Below, piece after piece: positions 40,856 through 49,560 of a stretch of 64,000 bases of DNA. This DNA is from Nitrospirota bacterium (lineage in GTDB: Bacteria > Nitrospirota > Nitrospiria > Nitrospirales > Nitrospiraceae): the NCBI GenBank assembly GCA_963701855.1, contig CAVPBK010000005.1:128001-192000 (forward strand), given 5' to 3'. Below the pieces are notes generated by a model, which worked only from the letters and a program-made list of their open reading frames with translations, was not told the DNA's origin and ran no database searches. The translations under genes were made by a program, and so were the position numbers. The first letter of the stretch is position 1; each line of letters opens with the position of its first letter.

Positions 40856-41067
40856 CAGGATGCTCAAACAGGCTAGACTTCTCACCCGCCCAACCCTGGC
40901 GCGCCGAGACGCGCCTTTTCCCAAGCAAGGCCGCAGCGAACTATCACTTCCTAAGGGGTGGCTGGGATGATCCCAACTGCGCGCGTCCAACGAGGGGAGG
41001 CTGCGACCGCGCGTTGCGCGAGCAAGGGGATTGTCCCAGCCATCCCGTCCCCTTTTGCAGCATCCTG
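40856..41067. repeat. Long MITE-like repeat
   Basis: TIRs CAGGATGCTCAAA / TTTTGCAGCATCCTG; contains the GCAAGGCCGCAGCGA core. Confidence 0.7.
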
Positions 41068-41592
41068 CTAAGGATAGAGGATTGTTGAATGGATAGGGTA
41101 GCCGACTAGCTTGTCTCGACCCTTAAGGCTCTGGAGCTCCACGAGAAAGTCGAGCCCGGCAATCTCGCCTCCCAACTGTCGAACGAGAGACACCGTTGCG
41201 GCTGCCGTGCCCCCGGTGGCCAGCAAGTCGTCCACGATCAGCACCCGCTCTCCCATTGCAATCGCATCGCGGTGGATCACAAGGGAGTTCGAACCGTATT
41301 CAAGGCTGTATTTGACTTCAAAACTGTCGGCGGGCAGCTTGCCGGGCTTCCGGACTGGAACGAACCCGGCGTTCAACCGGTTTGCCAGCATACCGCCGAA
41401 AATAAACCCGCGCGATTCGATGCCGATGACTTTGGCGATCCGCTGTCCCTGATAGTAGTCAGTCAATTCATCGGCAATCGACGACAGGGAGCGGGCATCT
41501 TTGAGCAGCGTGGTGATATCGTAGAAGAGAATACCGGGCTTGGGGAAATCGGGAACCTCACGAATGAGGGCGTGATAGTTGACGGGGGGCAT
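41068..41592 (-). CDS. apt: Adenine phosphoribosyltransferase
   Basis: [39 protein letters not shown]. Confidence 0.97.
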   Translation of the reverse strand: MPPVNYHALIREVPDFPKPGILFYDITTLLKDARSLSSIADELTDYYQGQRIAKVIGIESRGFIFGGMLANRLNAGFVPVRKPGKLPADSFEVKYSLEYGSNSLVIHRDAIAMGERVLIVDDLLATGGTAAATVSLVRQLGGEIAGLDFLVELQSLKGRDKLVGYPIHSTILYP

Positions 41593-41595
41593 CGA

Positions 41596-42564
41596 TCAGA
41601 GCAAGTCGGCTTGTGTCATGGTTCTACGCTCAATGGTATGGCGCAAACGCGCCAAGGCGGCCATTTCAATCTGCCGGACCCGCTCACGGGTCAACCCCAT
41701 TTCCCGGCCGATTTCTTCCAAGGTCTTGGCCTCACTCCCATCGAGCCCGAAGCGCGACATAATAACCGATTGCTCTTTCTCAGGCAACTCCTGTACCCAT
41801 TCCATCATTTCCGCCCGACGCATCACCCCCTCGGCCGTATCGGCAGGCGAGACAGACGAAGGATCCTCAATCACATCGCGCAAGAATGTGTCCTCGCCCT
41901 CATTGATCGGGCTGTCCAGCGAACAGGTCGTACGGACCACTTGCTTGAGATCCAACACCGTTTCGTCGGTTGTCTTCATCCGTGCCGCGACTTCCGACGC
42001 AGTCGGTTCTCGTCCGAGTTCCTGAACGAGCTGCTCGGACTTGGCAAGATAACGATTCAGCCGCTCCACCACATGCACCGGCAATCGCACAAGCTTCCCT
42101 TGATTGATAATCGCTCGTTCGATGTATTGCCGGATCCACCAGGACGCATAGGTACTGAAACGAAAGCCACGCTTATAGTTGAATTTTTCGACGGCCTTGA
42201 TCAGCCCAAGATTGCCCTCCTCGATGACATCGGAGAAGGGAAACCCTCGATGCATATACCGTTTACCGATACTGATCACCAGACGGAGATTCGATTCGAT
42301 CATTTCTTGGCGCGCCTGCTCGTCCCCTGCCATGACCCGCTTGCCCAGCAGTTGCTCTTGCTTAAACGTCAGCAAGGTCGAGTGACGGATCTCGCGCAAG
42401 TAGCACTTGAGGGTATCCAATCCTTCGGAGCGGCGACTCGGCCTTTCCTCGTCGACAGGCGACTCGTTCGCACCAGACGACGCGGTCGTGTCCTCGTCGT
42501 CATGGTCGACGACGTGTCGGCGCGCTTCGCCCAGATCGTGTAACTCCTCGCCGCCTCGCGCCAT
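41596..42564 (-). CDS. Sigma-70-family sigma factor (RpoS/group 2-like)
   Basis: [50 protein letters not shown]; lacks region 1.1. Confidence 0.92.
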   Translation of the reverse strand: MARGGEELHDLGEARRHVVDHDDEDTTASSGANESPVDEERPSRRSEGLDTLKCYLREIRHSTLLTFKQEQLLGKRVMAGDEQARQEMIESNLRLVISIGKRYMHRGFPFSDVIEEGNLGLIKAVEKFNYKRGFRFSTYASWWIRQYIERAIINQGKLVRLPVHVVERLNRYLAKSEQLVQELGREPTASEVAARMKTTDETVLDLKQVVRTTCSLDSPINEGEDTFLRDVIEDPSSVSPADTAEGVMRRAEMMEWVQELPEKEQSVIMSRFGLDGSEAKTLEEIGREMGLTRERVRQIEMAALARLRHTIERRTMTQADLL

Positions 42565-42592
42565 AATGTTCAGTTGCTCCTAACCGGCTCGA

Positions 42593-42889
42593 TCAGTACC
42601 ACACTCGAAAATCTGAAAATCGCCCCGTCGCCGGACTCCACTCCACTTCAACGGCTGTCACTTGCGACGCCGGCGGCCCAGTCTTTACGTCTTCGATCAG
42701 GATCAGAATCTGGTCTTTGGAGCCTTCAACTTCAAGTTCGACTCGTCCATCATCGAGATTTCTGACACCTCCGCAGAGTCCTCGTTGTGATGCGACGCGA
42801 GCCGCGAATGCTCGGTACCCGACTCCTTGGACCTTTCCCTTCACAAACAGTTTCGCCCTGAGGGCTGCCGGTTCTAGAGGTTCGGCCAT
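42593..42889 (-). CDS. acyP: Acylphosphatase
   Basis: VKGKVQGVGYR, G.VRNLDDGRVE, GPPAS.V. Confidence 0.92.
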   Translation of the reverse strand: MAEPLEPAALRAKLFVKGKVQGVGYRAFAARVASQRGLCGGVRNLDDGRVELEVEGSKDQILILIEDVKTGPPASQVTAVEVEWSPATGRFSDFRVWY

Positions 42890-43145
42890 ACATTCAACAG
42901 ACTGCGCATTACCAACGATGCCCAATCCAACGAACGGATACTCTCATACCTCCGCAGAGGCGTCACGCGTTTTGCGATTCCGCGCGAGTGAATGTCGCAC
43001 ACCTATTCTGAAACGGGGAAAGGAAATGCTGGAAGAGATTCGATGCGTGTCCTGTTGGCGGAATCATTCCAACAGGCGTGTGCGGGAACGTCACGAATAG
43101 TGGCTGGAGAGATTGTTCCGTGTCACGGCATGAGCAAGCTCTGTA

Positions 43146-43222
<77 letters not shown>

Positions 43223-43260
43223 ACAAAATCAACAGAACCACAACGCGAGGGGCGATTGTC

Positions 43261-44364
43261 TTACATCAGGGGGTCGAAACGCAAGCCATGGGCATCGGCC
43301 ACCGCTCGACAGGTGATCGTGCCGCCGGACAGGTTCACCCCTTTCGCCAGTCCAGCGTCTGCCTGCACGGCTTCCTCCACTCCCTGCGAGGCCAGACGCA
43401 GCAGATATGGAAGCGTGGCATTCGTCAACGCGACAGTCGATGTATGCGGAACAATCCCCGGCATATTGGACACACCATAATGGAGCACTTCGTCCACCAT
43501 ATAGACCGGGTCCGAATGAGTTGTGGTCTTCGTGGTCTCGAAGCAGCCGCCTTGATCGACGGCGACATCCACCACTACCGCTCCTGGCTTCATGCGCGCG
43601 ACCAGTTCCCGCGAGACCAACTTGGGCGCTCGAGCCCCAGGAACGAGGACCGCCCCGATGACAAGGTCTGCGGTCACCACGGTTTCGTCAATCGCAGCCT
43701 GTGTGGAGGCGCGCGTCACAATTCGACCACGATACAATTCGTCGAGCGTACGGAGCCGTTCAAGGTCGAGATTGATCACCGTTACCTGAGCCCCCATCCC
43801 GACAGCAATCCGAGTCGCTGCGCTACCCACCACTCCAGCTCCCAGCACGACGACCTTCCCTGGCTCCACGCCAGGCACACCACCCAAAAGAAGCCCTCGC
43901 CCGCCTTGCGTCTTTTCCAGATAGCGCGCGCCGATCTGTACCGACATCCGCCCTGCGATTTCGCTCATCGGCTTGAGCATCGGCAACGTGCCGTCTTTTG
44001 CCTCGATCGTCTCATAGGCAATTGCGGTGATCGAAGTATCCAGGAGGGCTTTCGTGAGATCCGGCAAGGAAGCCAAGTGTAGATAGGTAAATAGGGTCTG
44101 GCCCGGACGGAAAAAGTGGCACTCGGAAAGCAGCGGCTCCTTGACCTTCACAATGAGCGTCGCCCGCTGAAACAGTTGCTCCTTGGATTCTGCCATGGTA
44201 GCGCCGGCACTTCGGTAGTCCTCATCCGAGTATCCGCTGCCGACTCCGGCCGATCGTTCGATCCAGACGTCGTGGCCGGTCTGACGCAATGCCCGTGCTC
44301 CATCGGGCGTGACACTGACACGATACTCATGATCCTTGATCTCTTTTGGGACTCCGATGACCAT
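43261..44364 (-). CDS. ald: Alanine dehydrogenase
   Basis: [54 protein letters not shown]. Confidence 0.96.
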   Translation of the reverse strand: MVIGVPKEIKDHEYRVSVTPDGARALRQTGHDVWIERSAGVGSGYSDEDYRSAGATMAESKEQLFQRATLIVKVKEPLLSECHFFRPGQTLFTYLHLASLPDLTKALLDTSITAIAYETIEAKDGTLPMLKPMSEIAGRMSVQIGARYLEKTQGGRGLLLGGVPGVEPGKVVVLGAGVVGSAATRIAVGMGAQVTVINLDLERLRTLDELYRGRIVTRASTQAAIDETVVTADLVIGAVLVPGARAPKLVSRELVARMKPGAVVVDVAVDQGGCFETTKTTTHSDPVYMVDEVLHYGVSNMPGIVPHTSTVALTNATLPYLLRLASQGVEEAVQADAGLAKGVNLSGGTITCRAVADAHGLRFDPLM

Positions 44365-44536
44365 GGCCGCTCTCTCCCCGCGCAATCGATTCTGAAAATC
44401 CTTCACCCATTATATACAACGTCTGTGGAAATGCACGGCAAGACTTGCAGGGGCCCTCTCACCAAGTGGACAGTGCGCGCAGGCCTGGTGTAAGATTCGC
44501 TCCCTCTTCAGTTCACGATCGACAGAGGGAGGTTCT

Positions 44537-44920
44537 ATGAATTCCGCAGCCGGGTCCTGCAATGCTTGCGGCGCCATCAGCGCCGCGCTCATGAAGTTAT
44601 CGCTCGGGAAGGACTTTTTTGGTCGGACGTACGACCGACTCTCCCCCTCGACCGATCAGAGCCCTAAATGGTATTGCGAAGGCTGTTCGATGCAGAAAAA
44701 TCTCCAACGAGACTTCCGAGACATCACCGCCGAGATCGACAAGCTTGCGGCTGGACAGGCCTCGCAACTGTCGAAATCCGATGAGTTCCAGCGTGCCGCA
44801 TTGCGAGTGAGAGAAATTGTCGCGTTGCTCGATGCTGCTCAGAACCCATCACCTCTGCTCGCGAGTAGCGAGGTCAACCGTTTACTCGAACGACTCAATA
44901 CCATCACTATTCCAGCCTAA
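44537..44920 (+). CDS. Hypothetical protein with two CxxC motifs
   Basis: CNAC and CEGC; GGAGG RBS. Confidence 0.7.
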   Translation: MNSAAGSCNACGAISAALMKLSLGKDFFGRTYDRLSPSTDQSPKWYCEGCSMQKNLQRDFRDITAEIDKLAAGQASQLSKSDEFQRAALRVREIVALLDAAQNPSPLLASSEVNRLLERLNTITIPA

Positions 44921-44933
44921 CCCATAATCAATC

Positions 44934-45284
44934 ATGTCTGGTTACAAACGCCACATCTTCGTCTGTACGAATCAGCGGAGCCCCGACGACCCCCGTGGGA
45001 GTTGCTCGAAGCTGGGATCTGAGACGCTCCACGCCCACTTCAAGCAGGAAGCAAAGCGGCTGGACTTGAAAGACGTCGTTCGCGCGAATAAGGCCGGGTG
45101 CCTCGATCATTGCGCGGAAGGGCCGAGCGTCGTGATCTATCCAGAAGGCGTGTGGTATCAAGTCAAGTCCGAAGCCGACGTGACGGAAATCATGGAGCGC
45201 CACGTCATCAAGGGCGAGGTCGTGACCCGTCTCATCATGCCCGACCACCCGGCTCCCACGATACTCCCTCCACTCACATCGTAG
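44934..45284 (+). CDS. Thioredoxin-like [2Fe-2S] ferredoxin
   Basis: HIFVCTNQR...SC...GCLDHCAEGP.VVIYPEGVWY. Confidence 0.9.
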   Translation: MSGYKRHIFVCTNQRSPDDPRGSCSKLGSETLHAHFKQEAKRLDLKDVVRANKAGCLDHCAEGPSVVIYPEGVWYQVKSEADVTEIMERHVIKGEVVTRLIMPDHPAPTILPPLTS

Positions 45285-45305
45285 CGTCGCACCACAAGGA
45301 TCCTC

Positions 45306-45719
45306 ATGGCTGTTGAAGAAAAGTGGAAAGCCAACCTGGAAAAGGTGGCCTTCATGAAACAGTTTCCTGGGCTGCTCGGCAACTGGGAGGCCCTGGCGGG
45401 AAAAACCATCAAGGCCGTCATCCCGCTCAAGGGGAAACAGGGAACCGCTGTGCTGGTTTGCACAGATGGTACCTTTACCATCTTGCCACCGATGGCGTCG
45501 GAACCGTACGAGTTGGGCGAGGCCTTGGCGGTAGCACGAGCGCTTCTTGAGCCGGCGCATCAGACGGCCTACGTGGAGTATGATCGACTGGTCAAGAAGG
45601 ACAAAGACGCCCTCAAGTCGGCTAGGGTCGAGAAGATACTCGGAGCGATTCACAACAATTTGGAGCAGCATCCGGAACTAAAAGATCGCTTGAAAGAACT
45701 CGTGAAGGAGTGGAAGTGA
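45306..45719 (+). CDS. Hypothetical protein
   Basis: 137-aa ORF with AAGGA RBS in operon context. Confidence 0.75.
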   Translation: MAVEEKWKANLEKVAFMKQFPGLLGNWEALAGKTIKAVIPLKGKQGTAVLVCTDGTFTILPPMASEPYELGEALAVARALLEPAHQTAYVEYDRLVKKDKDALKSARVEKILGAIHNNLEQHPELKDRLKELVKEWK

Positions 45720-45739
45720 GCAGCCTTCCGGATAGAAAC

Positions 45740-46018
45740 ATGTTCGAGATCTTTTCCCAAGGTCTCTTTGAAGGAGTCAAACCCATGATGGTCATTCGCG
45801 ATCACCTCATCCGCCATCCCGACCGCTGCACCCATCAAGCGATCTGTGTCCCGATCTGTCCGACCGGCGCCTGGCTCTCGACTCCTCCTTACAAGTTCGA
45901 CTCGTCCCGTTGCCTGGAAAGCTGCCGCCTCTGCTTAGATGCCTGTCCCTCTCAGGCGATTTTCGCCGTGTTCAAGAAGGGGGAGAAGTTGCTGGAGCCG
46001 CAAAAGAAGACGGGGTAG
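45740..46018 (+). CDS. 4Fe-4S ferredoxin-like protein
   Basis: C.....C...CP and C...C..C...CP Cys clusters. Confidence 0.75.
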   Translation: MFEIFSQGLFEGVKPMMVIRDHLIRHPDRCTHQAICVPICPTGAWLSTPPYKFDSSRCLESCRLCLDACPSQAIFAVFKKGEKLLEPQKKTG

Positions 46019-46354
46019 CCTGGTAAGTTCCCGTTGCTCGCAGAGCCCCCACGATAAAACGGTGGTCGCTCGATGCGCGCAGTCGGGAACCAACCAGGCC
46101 ACCCCTTGAGAAAGACGAAGAGAAAAGAAAGAACCTTTTCAGTTTCCGCTTTCTTTCTCCCCCTGACCGTCTCAGCTTCTTCGCTTCTTCGGCAAAGTCG
46201 CCTCGAAACTCTTCTCGCCAGACGTGTGGGAGAACCACGAAAGAAACTCTTAGCCCTCGTCGCGCATCCGTTCCATCCGTGACTGAAAAAGGATAGAAGG
46301 AAGGCCCTCGTTGGGCGCGTGTAGATGAAGTAGAAGAGAAAATGTGCGCGCAAT

Positions 46355-46693
46355 GTGCAGGATGGCCTAGCCGAATGGTTCTGGTACATTTTTAGGCTCC
46401 AAACTTGGTTACTCGGGTCAGGACACATCGGCGTCAACCGGGAACTACAAGAATCCGCCTGCGCGCGATACTACCTCGTGCGGGAACTTCGAAGCGGCCT
46501 GCCTGCCGAAAAAGTGGGACTCAAAGTCGGTGATAGAGTCGTTGCCTGTAATAGCGCGCTACTATCCAGCGTGTCTTCAGAGCGGGAGGCGAAACGACTC
46601 TGCTGGGGCGAAGGGGGCGGAGCGGAGGCCTGGGTTGTGAGCTCGTTGGTAGATGAGATCACGTTTGACTACCTTGTCCAACGGACCAATTGA
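46355..46693 (+). CDS. Small PDZ-like domain protein or fragment
   Basis: LVREL.SG.PAEKVGLKVGDRVVACN resembles the PDZ signature; start uncertain. Confidence 0.45.
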   Translation: MQDGLAEWFWYIFRLQTWLLGSGHIGVNRELQESACARYYLVRELRSGLPAEKVGLKVGDRVVACNSALLSSVSSEREAKRLCWGEGGGAEAWVVSSLVDEITFDYLVQRTN

Positions 46694-46823
46694 AAAATCT
46701 AAGAGGGGAGACCATTTGTGATTGATCGCAATTTCAATGAGAGAGTTCAAGAACTGGCAATGGCCATGGACAATCTCGTTGATAGAAGTGCTCCTATCGA
46801 AATAAGAAGAATCGCAGGATGGC

Positions 46824-47591
46824 ATGAATTTTTACTGGTTGCAGTTTTGGCAACTCGGACACTATATGGAACGATCACATATCTCTCGCGAGAATAAGGG
46901 CAGCAAAGATGACCTCATGCCAAAATTAGAATATGGGGTTGCATCGTCTCCGTTAGTACGATCACTTCTCGAGCTGGTATTTACGGTCATATTTATCCGA
47001 GAGCTGCCACGTACTCGCGTGAAATGGTTTCATCATTCTGGCTGGAGAGAATTGAGAGAGATGTTGGATTCTTTGCAGGGGAGGTATAGCTCAAAGCGTA
47101 AGTGGAAGACGAAACTTGTTCAGCTTGCCAATAGTGTTGAGCAGTTGCGCCTTAGCCTCCGAGTCTCAAAATGGACGGCGGGAGATCCAAAGTTCATCAA
47201 GTGGTGGCCGACAGCAATGCAGATGCTTGATCCAAAGAAAAACCATTTGAATAAACTCTCACGACGTTTCTTGGACTATTTCACCCTTCGGTATAGAACT
47301 TTATCTCAAGACCACCACTTGAGTGGTGCAGGACTTGTCAGAGTATATGCGAAGTTGCTTATCGATGAGAAGGATGCTCGCCGTGATCCCATTCTTAGGG
47401 ACTTAAAGAATAGTAATGTTATTCTGGCCCTATCAATTCTCCTTTCGATCTATACTGAAATTAACGATATATGCCGTTTCGATAGAGGGAGGGCGTTAGC
47501 CTACTGCTGGCGCATTTTGATGGAAGACAGGGATGAGGTTCGCGAGTTGTACAACCATCGTTATCGATCGATGCTTCGACGGGCAGCATAA
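46824..47591 (+). CDS. Hypothetical protein in a lower-GC islet
   Basis: 255-aa ORF; no family recognised. Confidence 0.6.
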   Translation: MNFYWLQFWQLGHYMERSHISRENKGSKDDLMPKLEYGVASSPLVRSLLELVFTVIFIRELPRTRVKWFHHSGWRELREMLDSLQGRYSSKRKWKTKLVQLANSVEQLRLSLRVSKWTAGDPKFIKWWPTAMQMLDPKKNHLNKLSRRFLDYFTLRYRTLSQDHHLSGAGLVRVYAKLLIDEKDARRDPILRDLKNSNVILALSILLSIYTEINDICRFDRGRALAYCWRILMEDRDEVRELYNHRYRSMLRRAA

Positions 47592-47609
47592 TACTCCGAG
47601 TGTATAGAG

Positions 47610-47812
47610 TTAGCTTATTAGTACCCCCGATAGGAGTTTCCCTGTATGCGACGCTTCCACTTTCGCCACTTGCTCGGGTCGGCCTTTTGCCACGATGTGT
47701 CCGCCTGCTGCGCCGCCTTCTGGGCCTAGGTCGATAATCCAATCTGCTGACTTGATGACGTCGAGGTTGTGTTCCACCACCACGGTGTTGCCGGTGTTCA
47801 CTAGTTTGTGCA
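47610..47812 (-). pseudogene. Orphan uvrA 3'-end fragment, copy 1
   Basis: [35 protein letters not shown]...HTG; closely matches 49600-49790. Confidence 0.85.
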
Positions 47813-47824
47813 GGACGGGGTCAT

Positions 47825-48259
47825 CTAGGGGGCTGCGACTTTGAGGCTCGGCACTTTGGTGGCGATACGCCGAAACTCCAACACGTTGCTTGTCACGACT
47901 GTGGCGCCGATTTCTCGTGCCGTGAGGGCAATGAGAACGTCGTTCATGGGGCCCAGACGGTCGGTCAATCCGGACGCATTCCCATATAGGGCTCGAAAAA
48001 TTTGTCCGGCATTGTCGAGGAGTGTTGGCGTAAGACCGAGGGTGCGTCCTGATCGGAATGCCTGATGGAGCCGGTCTACGGCCTTCTTGCGCTTAGGGGT
48101 ATCCGCGCCAAGCCGGAGTTCGAGCAGCGCCACAGCAGAGATGAATCGAACAACGGTACCTTGTCCGCCCAAGACCCATTCCGCATGCATCCCAGCGCGA
48201 AGAAAATCGATCAGGACATTGGTGTCGAGTAGGACCTTTCCGCCTACCGGTAAGGCCAT
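47825..48259 (-). CDS. PIN-domain (VapC-like) toxin
   Basis: [30 protein letters not shown]. Confidence 0.88.
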   Translation of the reverse strand: MALPVGGKVLLDTNVLIDFLRAGMHAEWVLGGQGTVVRFISAVALLELRLGADTPKRKKAVDRLHQAFRSGRTLGLTPTLLDNAGQIFRALYGNASGLTDRLGPMNDVLIALTAREIGATVVTSNVLEFRRIATKVPSLKVAAP

Positions 48260-48447
48260 GGCCGCTCGTCGCCTTTCAAGACTCCCTTTAGGGGCCGCAA
48301 CGCCTTACTGAGTCGCTGCTCTTCGACGAGGAGCGACAGTGCCTTGTCGATCGCCTCCTGCTCAGAAACGACCCCAAAGTATCGCTTCGCAGCATTAATT
48401 TTGCGCTGGTCCAGCACGAGATGCTTGTGTTTGAGTGCGGCGCCCAT
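48244..48447 (-). CDS. Putative antitoxin (VapB-like)
   Basis: 67-aa ORF with GGAGG RBS overlapping the PIN gene start. Confidence 0.7.
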   Translation of the reverse strand: MGAALKHKHLVLDQRKINAAKRYFGVVSEQEAIDKALSLLVEEQRLSKALRPLKGVLKGDERPWPYR

Positions 48448-48534
48448 GGTGCCTCCATTATGTACAGGGCATGTACATACACTATATGCGATTATGGTCA
48501 GAAACGGCAAGAGTCCGCGCGTCGCTCAGAAGCT

Positions 48535-48805
48535 CTACTGAGCTTGTCCCGATAAGACCTTCGAGAGGAATCGTCCTATATGAGAAGCCGCTACTTTCGC
48601 TACTTGCTCCGGTCGTCCTTCTGCCACGATATGTCCGCCTGCTGCGCCGCCTTCTGGGCCTAGGTCGATAATCCAATCCGCTGACTTGATGACGTCGAGG
48701 TTGTGTTCCACCACCACCACGGTATTGCCGCTGTTTACCAGCTTCTGTAGCATCGCCAGGAGTTTCTTGATGTCTTCGACGTGCAGGCCGGTGGTCGTCG
48801 TCCAT
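48535..48805 (-). pseudogene. Orphan uvrA 3'-end fragment, copy 2
   Basis: [34 protein letters not shown]...; near-identical to 49600-49845 with a different C-terminus. Confidence 0.88.
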
Positions 48806-48888
48806 AAGGCCTCTCGTCGGAATCATTGATTCAAGTCAGACTGGTCTATATACTGGTCTGCAATGAGTTTACATGGCTGGAGGACGGC

Positions 48889-49131
48889 ATGAAGATCGAG
48901 ATTGGCTCGTATGAGGCGAAAACAAAGCTCCCTGAATTGCTGCGGCAGGTAAAAGCCGGCAAAAGCTTTACCATTACAAATCGTGGGGAAGCCATTGCGG
49001 ATCTTGTGCCTAGCGCGGGCGTGAGGGCGAAGGACAAAGTTTCAGCAGTGGAAAAATTGAAGGCCTTCATGCTGGCCGATCCGGTGAGCAGTGCCAACAT
49101 CAAGGCACTCATCGAGGAGGGGCGTGCATGA
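48889..49131 (+). CDS. Phd/YefM-family antitoxin
   Basis: IGSYEAKTKLPELLRQV..G....IT.RG..IA.LVP. Confidence 0.88.
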   Translation: MKIEIGSYEAKTKLPELLRQVKAGKSFTITNRGEAIADLVPSAGVRAKDKVSAVEKLKAFMLADPVSSANIKALIEEGRA

Positions 49132-49547
49132 GCTTCGTCCTTGATAACTCGGTGACCATGCGTTGGTTTTTTGGTGATGGCAAGCCACAAGAACTTGCCT
49201 ATGCAGGTAAAGTGCTCGATGCGATGCAAGATGCCAAAGCGCTTGTACCTATGACCTGGGGCCTAGAAGTGGCCAACGTCATCGCCAAGGCGGAAGAAAA
49301 AGCCTTGGTGACAGAAGCTCGGAGCGGGGCATTTCTTGAGATGCTGGAAGGTGTAGATATTGAGGTGGATGCAGCCACATTCGCACACGTGCTATCTGAT
49401 ACCCTTCAACTGGCGCGGCGATACAAGCTATCCGCTTACGATGCTTCTTATCTCGAACTGGCCTTACGACTAGGCATACCTTTGGCCACGCTCGACGAAG
49501 ATTTGCAGAAAGCTGCAAAGAAAGCAGGCGTGAAAAGGTTTGCGTGA
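49128..49547 (+). CDS. PIN-domain (VapC) toxin
   Basis: FVLDNSV...W, EVANV, LSAYDASYLELA, LATLD. Confidence 0.88.
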   Translation: MSFVLDNSVTMRWFFGDGKPQELAYAGKVLDAMQDAKALVPMTWGLEVANVIAKAEEKALVTEARSGAFLEMLEGVDIEVDAATFAHVLSDTLQLARRYKLSAYDASYLELALRLGIPLATLDEDLQKAAKKAGVKRFA

Positions 49548-49560
49548 AGAAGCATCGGTG

